IMG/VR virus record: IMGVR_UViG_3300036830_000246
Coordinates: 1-61,680 of that record
Source of the DNA: a virus
Taxonomy: Duplodnaviria > Caudoviricetes
Length of the DNA: 61,680 nt
Direction: 5' to 3' (one strand)
The notes under the pieces are model-generated. The model did not search any database and was not told the DNA's origin. It saw only the letters and a list, made by a program, of their open reading frames with translations. The first letter of the stretch is position 1. Each line of letters starts with the position of its first letter. This document shows positions 1-7,086 of the stretch, in pieces. A program made the position numbers and the translations under genes.

Positions 1-127
1 CGTGGTAGATCACGAGTGGCTTGTGCATGTGTTCGTTCCCTCAAAGCAGCTTCGATTGCACGACGCCTTCCAGCGTCGCGATAATGGCCGTCATGGCCGC
101 GATCTCGTGGTCCGCCGTCGCCTGCTT
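1..127. repeat. Terminal direct repeat, left copy (assembly circularity overlap)
   Basis: 1-127 is identical to 61554-61680. The 127-nt length equals a common assembler k-mer, and the repeat spans coding sequence. Confidence 0.95.
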
Positions 128-343
128 CATGCGGCCGGACGCAACCCATTTCGGGTAAACGTTCTTTCGCATTGCGAGCTCGCGCTTCGCGGCCTTGATC
201 TGGTCGGGAATCGAAATGCCGGTGTCGTCGCTCACAAGTGTTTCATGTGAAACATCACGCGCCCCTCGGTTTCCCAGCGCGGCAATCCTTCCAACTCGCG
301 CGTGATTTATGCAAGCGCTATTTCGCTGTTCCGACGCGATCAT
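41..343 (-). CDS. Conserved phage hypothetical protein
   Basis: QIKAAKRELAMRKNVYPKWV resembles a common small phage family. Start is either ATG 343 (ATGA overlap with the upstream stop) or GTG 235. Confidence 0.7.
   Translation of the reverse strand: MIASEQRNSACINHARVGRIAALGNRGARDVSHETLVSDDTGISIPDQIKAAKRELAMRKNVYPKWVASGRMKQATADHEIAAMTAIIATLEGVVQSKLL
239..254. promoter_or_regulatory. parS-like palindrome TGTTTCATGTGAAACA
   Basis: 15/16 match to the bacterial parS consensus TGTTTCACGTGAAACA. Confidence 0.6.
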
Positions 344-1320
344 CCATCCGCTCCCGGCTCGCGCGGGCGGAAGCGCTCGATCAGCTCGGGCTTGATCTTG
401 CAATCGGGATCGCCCGGTTTACCCCCGAGGTACGGTGCCCACGCGCCCGGCTCCCCGCCATCGAGTCCGTAGAACATCTTGAGGGCGTCGGTCTGCGCGC
501 GCTCATCCATGACGTGATGGCCGTTCATGTCGGTTTTCGTGCCGCCGCGCCCGCGCTCCTCGCGAGGTTTCGGCGTCAACGAAACGGCCTTCGTGTACCA
601 AGTCACCCAGGCGGCGGACCAATTCGCCATCTTCGAGCCGTTCGCTACGTGATGGGAATGGAATTTCTGAATCTCGTTTGCTCCCGTTGCCACTAGGTCC
701 GGCCGGCCGTTCGCTCGCCAGAACGCCGCTGCTCTGCGTTTGTCATCCGCGCTAGGTTTCCAATCTCCTATCGGCGCTCGCCTTGAAGCTGAGGATTTTT
801 TCCCTTCGCTCATCGGCTTCCCCCCTTGGGGGGATACAGGGGGGATGGTGAAGTCTGGTAGATGGTGAAGAACAACGGAATCTAGTGAAGCAGACTCAGT
901 GTTGAGAATCTCCTTCTCTCTCTCTCTCTTACTCTGTTTTCGTAAGCCATTGTTTTCGGCTATGTTGGCACCTGCCACCTCGGGCCGACCTCGGGCCGAC
1001 CCAGGGGGGGGTCGAGGCGAGGTCGTGCCGGGGTCTCGCCTACGCAAGACCTCGTCCGCCTTCTGATTTCGAAGCTCGTTCCGCTCGTCTACACGCAACT
1101 TCCCGTCTTCGATCAGCCTTTGTATGAGAAAAGAAACCTTTCTGCGATCGCACCCGATCCACCCCGCGATCCACAAAGGATCGTTCGGGCACCCTCCCTT
1201 TCGCTCGTACATGAGATCGAGGATTGTGTTGTAGACCGCGATGTAATCCGTCCCCTTGCCTCTACAGGCGTCGAGGATTTTTCTTGGTTCCCGTTTATAC
1301 CAGTCTTCCTTTTCCGCCAT
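340..1320 (-). CDS. Replication initiator, YdaU/DUF1376-like N-terminus
   Basis: WYKREP...YNTILDLMYERKGGCPNDPLWIAGWIGC...LIEDGKL. It is coupled to dnaB and contains iteron-like repeats. Confidence 0.75.
   Translation of the reverse strand: MAEKEDWYKREPRKILDACRGKGTDYIAVYNTILDLMYERKGGCPNDPLWIAGWIGCDRRKVSFLIQRLIEDGKLRVDERNELRNQKADEVLRRRDPGTTSPRPPPGSARGRPEVAGANIAENNGLRKQSKREREKEILNTESASLDSVVLHHLPDFTIPPVSPQGGKPMSEGKKSSASRRAPIGDWKPSADDKRRAAAFWRANGRPDLVATGANEIQKFHSHHVANGSKMANWSAAWVTWYTKAVSLTPKPREERGRGGTKTDMNGHHVMDERAQTDALKMFYGLDGGEPGAWAPYLGGKPGDPDCKIKPELIERFRPREPGADG
880..1035. other. Putative lambdoid-type replication origin inside the initiator gene
   Basis: ACCTCGGGCCG x2 in tandem (977-998), mirrored by 11-bp periodic GGTC units (1010-1035), next to a CT/AT-rich tract (880-960). 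Confidence 0.55.
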
Positions 1321-2819
1321 CACAGCCCCAGCTTGAGATCGGCTTGCGCCTGCGTCACGGCGGTCGTCTCGTTATCTCGCAAGGCGGATGCACCCATGTC
1401 GCACCAAATATCGACCTCGAATTCCGAACCGTGTCGGAATTTCAGGCCACAAAGGTCCATGCGGTTTTTCCACTGGCGATATTGCATTACCCAGGCCATG
1501 TATTCGGGGTCGTTTTCCCCGCCTTCCGGTCTTTCCTTTCCAATGTAATAAGCCTTCCGATAAGGCCCGATCACGATGTCGGCTTCGGCTTCGATCTGGC
1601 CGGATTCGCGCAAGTCCGAAAGGCGGGGCTTGCGGTCCTTCTCCTGGCGCTCTTCCGATTGCCTGTTCGTCTGCGAGCCCGCCATAACGGGCCAGCCGAG
1701 TTCTTTCGCCAGGTTCTTGAGCGAACTCGCAATGTGGCTGACGTGGCGTTCGCGCGATGTCCCGCGACCGAGATCGGATTCCCGGACCTTTTGCAGATAG
1801 TCGACCACGATGAGCCCCATTCCGCGGCCCTGATGGATCGAACGGAAGGCGCGCGCTTTGGCGCAAATCTCCTCCACCGTCAGGGTAGGCTCGTCGCAAA
1901 CCTCGTAATGCAGCATGGCGGAAAGCTCTTGCTGCATCAACACCATGCGTTCGAATTCCCGTGGCGTCAGGCGCGCACGGCGGAAGTTCTCGTAATACAG
2001 GGGCTTTTCCATCCCCATTTGCCGGCGGTCGAAGTCCAGGTCGCAGATGTTGCGGTCCGTCCACTGGGTTCCGAGCATTTCGAGGGAGAACGCTTGCACG
2101 GGGCGCCCCTCGGTCGCGGCCGATAGCGCGGAGGCGCACATGAGGGCGGATTTCCCCATGCCGGGGCGCCCGCAGACGATCACGAGATCACCTGGCCCGT
2201 AGCCGCCGATGAAGCCGTCGACGCGCTCGAAACCCGACGAAATGAGACCGTGGCCGCCGGTCGTCATGCGGTCTTCGATCGCCTTGATCGAGCGCTCGGC
2301 GAATTCCCCCGCGGGGCGCGGACGGTTGGAATTCAGGATCTTCGCGTGCTGGATGTGGATGCGCTGCATCGCGGCTTCCGCCCGCGCCATCACCTTCGCG
2401 GTGGGGAGTTCGAGCGGCTGCGCGTAGGCTTCGTTGACGAAGTCCTCCCCCGCGTGGATGAACTCGCGCCGGACGCGCAAGTCCGCGATAATCCTCGCGT
2501 ATTCGCGCACGGGCGGGCCGGCGGGCGCGGCCTCGGCCATTCCCGTGAGGTAAGCCAAGCCCCCGACTTGCATCATGCCGGGGTCGGCCTTCATGGCCGC
2601 ATGGAGGACGAGCGGCGTCACACGCACGCTGAATTCCCGCGTGAGCTCCAGCATGGCCTCGAACAGCCGTTCGTGCAGGGGGTCGTAGAAATCCTCGATC
2701 GCCAGCGTTTCCGCGGCTTTCTCAATCGCCAGATTGTCGATGAGGCAGTAGCCGAGGAGCGCTTGCTCGACGCGAACGTCAAAAGGGAGATGTCGATAGA
2801 CCGTCTCGGTCTTTGCCAT
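1320..2819 (-). CDS. dnaB: Replicative DNA helicase, DnaB family
   Basis: N-terminal EQALLG/DFYDPLH, Walker A GRPGMGKS, IVVDYLQ, SQTNR, PRLSDLRESGQIEAEAD. Confidence 0.95.
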   Translation of the reverse strand: MAKTETVYRHLPFDVRVEQALLGYCLIDNLAIEKAAETLAIEDFYDPLHERLFEAMLELTREFSVRVTPLVLHAAMKADPGMMQVGGLAYLTGMAEAAPAGPPVREYARIIADLRVRREFIHAGEDFVNEAYAQPLELPTAKVMARAEAAMQRIHIQHAKILNSNRPRPAGEFAERSIKAIEDRMTTGGHGLISSGFERVDGFIGGYGPGDLVIVCGRPGMGKSALMCASALSAATEGRPVQAFSLEMLGTQWTDRNICDLDFDRRQMGMEKPLYYENFRRARLTPREFERMVLMQQELSAMLHYEVCDEPTLTVEEICAKARAFRSIHQGRGMGLIVVDYLQKVRESDLGRGTSRERHVSHIASSLKNLAKELGWPVMAGSQTNRQSEERQEKDRKPRLSDLRESGQIEAEADIVIGPYRKAYYIGKERPEGGENDPEYMAWVMQYRQWKNRMDLCGLKFRHGSEFEVDIWCDMGASALRDNETTAVTQAQADLKLGL

Positions 2820-2833
2820 TGCAGCCCGCGCGA

Positions 2834-2926
2834 GAATCCCAGCCCGCCGAACCTACGGATTCAAGGTTACGATTCGCAAGGGAGAACGAATCGCTATTTT
2901 CATAGGGGTTAGTGATTCGTTCTCCC
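2834..2926. promoter_or_regulatory. Divergent promoter region with GANTC cluster and 17-bp inverted repeat
   Basis: GANTC at 2834, 2858, 2871, 2888 and 2914. Inverted repeat GGGAGAACGAATCGCTA (2880-2896) / TAGTGATTCGTTCTCCC (2910-2926), 16/17 match. Confidence 0.65.
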
Positions 2927-2929
2927 ACA

Positions 2930-3089
2930 ATGGATTGCGCCCGTTCCCGGAATTTGTGTTACACACGGATGCAGGTGGTGGCCGGTGGTTCGAATCCACC
3001 TCGCCTTTCGTCGCCCGCGCGCGGGCGCGGAAGCGCGATAACTCAGTGGTAGAGTGCCGCTCTCCCATTCTGGAGGCCCGTAATGCCAT
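2930..3089 (+). ncRNA. Circularly permuted tRNA-like RNA (YrlA-like topology)
   Basis: GGTGG (2974-78), variable loop TGGCC, T-arm GGTGG-TTCGAAT-CCACC (2984-3000), closed acceptor-like hairpin (3001-3038), TA, D-arm ACTC-AGTGGTA-GAGT (3041-3055), CCGCT (3057-61) pairing back to 2974-78. Outer stems 2947-53/3067-73 and 2930-39/3079-89. Confidence 0.75.
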
Positions 3090-3562
3090 CCACTTCCCGC
3101 AAGCAGCACCGTTTCATGGAAGCGATCGCGCACGACCGGGCTTTCGCGAAGAAGGTCGGTGTGGCACAAAGCGTTGGTAAGGATTTCACCGATGCGGACA
3201 AGACGTCCGGGCGCTACCAAGGGAAAGGGCACGACATGGCCAAGCACAAAATGGACGGCATGGACGGCATGGACGGCTCGAAGGGCATGAGCCCGCGCAA
3301 ATCCATGGCGGCGGGCATGACGCACGGCGGCGGGAATTTCGGCGTCGAAAGCTTCGCGGAAGGCAACGCCCACGGGGGCACGCATCCGGACGCGGCCAAT
3401 CACACGGGCCGCAAGGGCGCGATGGAAGACGGCGAACGCGGCATCGGCGAGCCCATCCATCACACGAAGCACCACCACCCTTCGCAGGCCGCGCCGCATC
3501 ACGGACCGCACCACGTCGACGGCTACATGAACCATCACGCCCGCGAACACGCGAAAGCGTAA
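3083..3562 (+). CDS. His/Gly-rich phage protein
   Basis: GGAGG RBS. N-terminal MPSTSRKQHRFMEAIAH...FAKKVGVAQSVGKDF is a recurrent phage motif. ATGGACGGC x3 at 3251-3277. Confidence 0.75.
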   Translation: MPSTSRKQHRFMEAIAHDRAFAKKVGVAQSVGKDFTDADKTSGRYQGKGHDMAKHKMDGMDGMDGSKGMSPRKSMAAGMTHGGGNFGVESFAEGNAHGGTHPDAANHTGRKGAMEDGERGIGEPIHHTKHHHPSQAAPHHGPHHVDGYMNHHAREHAKA

Positions 3563-3565
3563 CGA

Positions 3566-3638
3566 CGTTCACGTCGCCGCCGGTTCCGCGCCCTTCCTGG
3601 CAGATTGGTGTCTATTCGTAACCGGCGGCGGCGTGACG
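3566..3638 (+). other. Intergenic long stem-loop
   Basis: CACGTCGCCGCCGGTT (3570-85) pairs with AACCGGCGGCGGCGTG (3620-35), just before the RBS of the next gene. Confidence 0.6.
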
Positions 3639-3654
3639 ATCTCTGGAGGCCACC

Positions 3655-3888
3655 ATGGCAAAGCTCACGACCCGCCAGCGCAAAGCTCTCCCGAAGAAGG
3701 ACTTCGCCCTCTCGGGTGGTCGATACCCGATCAACGATCCCAGCCACGCTAGAAATGCCCTCGCGCGCGTTTCCCAGCACGGCACCCCGGAGGAAAAGGC
3801 GAAGGTCCGTGGCGCGGTCCATCGCAAATATCCCAGCATTGGCGCGCCCGAGCACCATTTCGCCCACGGGCGACCCCGAACGGATTGA
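3655..3888 (+). CDS. Small basic phage protein (DUF6582-like)
   Basis: LTTRQRKALPKKDFAL...RYPINDPSHARNALARVSQ; GGAGG RBS. Confidence 0.75.
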   Translation: MAKLTTRQRKALPKKDFALSGGRYPINDPSHARNALARVSQHGTPEEKAKVRGAVHRKYPSIGAPEHHFAHGRPRTD

Positions 3889-3946
3889 CGGATTCATCGC
3901 GGCCACTTTGGCCCCATGCGAAGCCGACGGCGGAATGCCCGAGGCA

Positions 3947-3986
3947 GAAAAGGCCCGGAGGACCATCCTGCCGGGCCTTTTCGTTT
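3947..3986 (+). terminator. Rho-independent terminator, possibly bidirectional
   Basis: GAAAAGGCCCGG...CCGGGCCTTTTCGTTT. Confidence 0.75.
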
Positions 3987-4012
3987 GCGAACGAACGAGG
4001 AACTGGCATTGG

Positions 4013-4080
4013 TTGACAAATTCACCCGCGCTTGACGTTCGGCGGAAAACGCCACCCTTGCATTCTTAACCAGAATACAT
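4013..4080 (+). promoter_or_regulatory. Putative promoter(s) for the terminase operon
   Basis: TTGACA 4013, TTGACG 4032, TTGCAT 4058 and TTAACC 4066 in an AT-richer gap after a terminator. Confidence 0.4.
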
Positions 4081-4122
4081 TCCTCTGCCGTCCCAGCGAG
4101 ATAGACAGACAGCCGAGGAAGC

Positions 4123-4665
4123 ATGGCCAAGCACAGGCCGCGCGATGCCGTTGATCCCAAGCGGCGCAAGCGCCGCACGCCGCCGAAGCGCAGGATCGCT
4201 TTCGACCCCCGCTGGGTCGCGCAGGCGACGCGGCTGGCGTCGGAAGACTGGACGGATGTAGAGATCGCGGCGTTCTTCAAGATCAGCCCCCGCCAGCTCT
4301 ATCGCTACAAGATCGACTATCCGGCTTTCGCGAAGGCCTTCGTCCGCGGGGAGGAACAGCGAACCCGCATGGTCGAAAACGCCCATTTCCAGCGCGCGGT
4401 CGGGATCGTCGTTCCCGCCACGAAGATCCTTCAACACCAGGGCAAGCCGATCATCATTCCCTACGAAGAACACTTGCCGCCAGACGTCAACGCGCAGATC
4501 AGCTATCTCAAGGCCTACAAACCCGGCCGGTATCGGGAACGTCTGGAGCTCGGCAGCGACCCCACGATGCCGATCCGCTTCATCATCGACGGGCGCGATG
4601 AAACCCCCGCTCCACCGAAGGCAAAGGAGTCCAAGCTAGATGGAAAACGACGAAAAGGACGCTGA
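4123..4665 (+). CDS. terS: Terminase small subunit
   Basis: HTH WTDVEIAAFFKISPRQLYRYK, HLPPDVNAQISYLK; lies upstream of terL. Confidence 0.85.
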   Translation: MAKHRPRDAVDPKRRKRRTPPKRRIAFDPRWVAQATRLASEDWTDVEIAAFFKISPRQLYRYKIDYPAFAKAFVRGEEQRTRMVENAHFQRAVGIVVPATKILQHQGKPIIIPYEEHLPPDVNAQISYLKAYKPGRYRERLELGSDPTMPIRFIIDGRDETPAPPKAKESKLDGKRRKGR

Positions 4666-4951
4666 CGCGATCGCGGGGTCCGCGGGCACGTGCGGGACAT
4701 GTGCGCACGGCGTGCGTCGCGATATTCAGGCCGTGGAGTGCTACGGCGCCCCACCTTCTGTCGCCGTCGTGGGGGCAAACCGGCTCGCGACGGGCCAGAC
4801 GCAATTCATGATCGAGAAATTCCGCCCCATGATGACGCCGGCGGAACGCGGCTGTGCGCTTTACAAGTTCAAATTCGGCCAGGACACGAACTTCGGAGGC
4901 GCGGCCCCCATCATGCTCAACAAGAAAAAGCCGGACGAACCGGCGAACTAA
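4640..4951 (+). CDS. Hypothetical protein (Cys-containing)
   Basis: CGTCAH...CYGAPP...GC; stop overlaps the terL start. Confidence 0.65.
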   Translation: MENDEKDADAIAGSAGTCGTCAHGVRRDIQAVECYGAPPSVAVVGANRLATGQTQFMIEKFRPMMTPAERGCALYKFKFGQDTNFGGAAPIMLNKKKPDEPAN

Positions 4952-6423
4952 TGGACGGCAACGACATCGTCTACAGCTACCGGGATGTGCCGACCCTCCG
5001 GCAATTCGCGCATTCCGATGCTTTCATGCGCGGTATTTCCGGACCTTTTGGCTCCGGAAAATCGTCCGCCTGCGTGGCGGAATTCCCCCAGCGGGGGCTA
5101 GCGCAAAGGCCTGGACCCGACGGAATCCGGCGCTCCCGCTGGGCGATCATCCGCAACACGATGCCCCAGCTGCGCGATACCTCGATCCGCACGCTGCACC
5201 AATGGTTGCCGCCCCAACATTTCGGGCGCTGGTATTCGAACGATCTGCGCTACGTCATCAAGGCATGGCCGGGCGCGGAGATCGAGATCATCTGTCTCGG
5301 CCTCGATCGGCCCGAGCATGTGCGCAAACTGCTTTCCCTCGATCTCACGGGCGCGTGGGTGAACGAGGCCCGCGAGGTGCCGTGGGCCGTGATCGAAGCC
5401 CTCCAGGGTCGCGTCGGGCGCTACCCGCCGATGAACGAAGGCGGCCCAACGTGGTTCGGCGTGTGGATGGACACGAACCCGCCGGACGTCGATTCCAAAT
5501 GGTACGAGTTTTTCGAGGAGGGGAAGTGGAAGGCTGACTTCCAGGAATTGCTCAAGGCCGGCGTATTGCCGGCGGGCTCGCCGCCGGAAAGCTTCGCCGC
5601 CGTTTTCCATCAACCAGATGGTCTGGGGCCGAACGCGGAGAACCTCGCGAACCTCATCCCCGGCTATTACCAGCGGCTCGCCGTCGGCAAGAAGTCCGAA
5701 TGGGTGAAAGTCTATTGCCGGGGCCAGTACGGGTTCGTGACGGAGGACAAGGCCGTCTTCCCAGAATATTCCGATGCCCTGCACTTGAAGGCGATCGACC
5801 CCGTGCCGGGGCGCCGCATCATGCGCGGATGGGATTTCGGCCTCACGCCCGCGTGCTCGCTTTCGCAAGTTCTTCCCGACGGCCGCTGGCTCGTGTTCGA
5901 CGAGATCATCGCGGAAGGCATGGGGGCGGACCGCTTTGGCGATCAGGTGCTCGAACATTGCGCGCGCGCCTTCAAGGGTAAGGCGGAATTCGAAGATTAC
6001 GGCGATCCCGCGGGAAACCAGCGGGCGCAGACGGACGAAAAGACCTGTTTTGAAATCCTGGGTGCAAAGGGAATCGAGATCGAAGAAGGGTTGCAAAGCG
6101 TGGCGATCCGCCTGGAATCCATGCGCAAGCCCCTGCGGACGATCGTGAACGGCCAGGTGCAATTCGTCCTCCACCCGCGCTGCAAGACGCTGCGGAAGGG
6201 CTTTCTCGGCGGCTATCACTTCCGACGTCTGTCCACGACGGCGGAGCGCTATTCCACGGAGCCGGAAAAGCACAACATCTACAGCCACATCATGGATGGG
6301 ACCGAATACGTCGCGACCATCCTCTTCGGGGGTGCCTTGACGACCCCGCGCGGCGGCGATCAAGGTCCGGGCTTCCGCACGGATCGCGATGAAACGGGGC
6401 GATCCTCCGTGACGGGGTATTGA
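4951..6423 (+). CDS. terL: Terminase large subunit
   Basis: Walker A GPFGSGKS, Walker B AWVNE, DTNPP, nuclease GWDFG, YGDPAG, HIMDG. ATG 4951 overlaps the upstream TAA. Confidence 0.95.
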   Translation: MDGNDIVYSYRDVPTLRQFAHSDAFMRGISGPFGSGKSSACVAEFPQRGLAQRPGPDGIRRSRWAIIRNTMPQLRDTSIRTLHQWLPPQHFGRWYSNDLRYVIKAWPGAEIEIICLGLDRPEHVRKLLSLDLTGAWVNEAREVPWAVIEALQGRVGRYPPMNEGGPTWFGVWMDTNPPDVDSKWYEFFEEGKWKADFQELLKAGVLPAGSPPESFAAVFHQPDGLGPNAENLANLIPGYYQRLAVGKKSEWVKVYCRGQYGFVTEDKAVFPEYSDALHLKAIDPVPGRRIMRGWDFGLTPACSLSQVLPDGRWLVFDEIIAEGMGADRFGDQVLEHCARAFKGKAEFEDYGDPAGNQRAQTDEKTCFEILGAKGIEIEEGLQSVAIRLESMRKPLRTIVNGQVQFVLHPRCKTLRKGFLGGYHFRRLSTTAERYSTEPEKHNIYSHIMDGTEYVATILFGGALTTPRGGDQGPGFRTDRDETGRSSVTGY

Positions 6424-6438
6424 AGCCAGGAGGGCAAA

Positions 6439-6675
6439 ATGACGGACGAAGCGAAATTCAATGCCGATATGGTGCCGGTGAAAGATTCGAGTGCCATCGC
6501 GGCCCACGGATACGACACGGAATCCCGCAAGCTGCGGCTCACCTTCAAAAGCGGCACGACCCATGAATATGACGATGTGCCGGCGGAGAAATACGCCGCC
6601 ATGACGGGCAGCGGCTCGCTCGGCTCATTCTTCCATCGCCGCATCAAGGACGTCCACGCCTCGCGCAAGGTCTAA
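6439..6675 (+). CDS. KTSC domain protein
   Basis: SSAIAAHGYD...LRLTFKSG..HEYDDVP...SLGSFFHRRIK. Confidence 0.9.
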   Translation: MTDEAKFNADMVPVKDSSAIAAHGYDTESRKLRLTFKSGTTHEYDDVPAEKYAAMTGSGSLGSFFHRRIKDVHASRKV

Positions 6676-6738
6676 GCGGGTAGGAATTTTCCCGCCATCG
6701 CCGCTATAGTGCGCGCCGTTAACCACACGGAGGTGGCG

Positions 6739-7083
6739 ATGAGCGCGGGGGTCTATGATTACGAGACCATCAATCGAGGATTGAAACGCCTGCGTGGCGA
6801 AGCGCCCACGGGCGTGCGCTTTGAAAGCAACCCGAGCGAGGACGGCTTGGTCCGCCGCGTCTTCGAGGACATCGCCGACCCTCCACTTCGCCATCCCCAC
6901 TCCGGCATTCCCGCGGCGCTGGGCGTTGGAGAGGGCGCGTGCGCGCCAGACGGCGTTGCGCTCCGATGCGCCCGCCACCCGCATCCGTTTGGGCGCCCAC
7001 CGCAGGGGTTGCCGGCGAAGTACGACACCAGCTGGGTGGCGTCCGCGCTCGCGAATTCTCAGGCTTTGAAAAAGGAAAACTGA
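6739..7083 (+). CDS. Hypothetical protein
   Basis: GGAGG RBS before ATG 6739; fills the gap before the portal. Confidence 0.55.
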   Translation: MSAGVYDYETINRGLKRLRGEAPTGVRFESNPSEDGLVRRVFEDIADPPLRHPHSGIPAALGVGEGACAPDGVALRCARHPHPFGRPPQGLPAKYDTSWVASALANSQALKKEN

Positions 7084-7086
7084 TCC

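Noticed and set aside
1-127. Biological direct terminal repeat
   Set aside because: The exact 127-nt length and position across coding sequence point to an assembly overlap.
2956-2972. Second parS-like site (TGTTACAC...)
   Set aside because: Only one half matches. It is better explained as a small hairpin within the RNA element.
2974-3073. Conventional tRNA-Gly(CCC) gene or attP tRNA fragment
   Set aside because: The halves are in reverse order, there is no CCA, the acceptor lacks Gly identity pairs, and the D-arm half has no downstream T-arm. No integrase is present to support an attP.
2930-3089. Two-piece (permuted) alphaproteobacterial tmRNA
   Set aside because: It has a full D-arm, lacks the GGGG...CCA alanine acceptor, and shows no tag reading frame.
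3251-3277. Short tandem repeats as a CRISPR array or DGR
   Set aside because: ATGGACGGC x3 is a coding microrepeat. No repeat-spacer array, reverse transcriptase or TR/VR pair was seen anywhere.
4690-4950. Upstream extensions given by the ORF track (terL from 4690; also 10646, 22131, 24466, 25691, 36182, 37234)
   Set aside because: They overlap other genes. Downstream starts with an RBS or stop-start overlap fit better.
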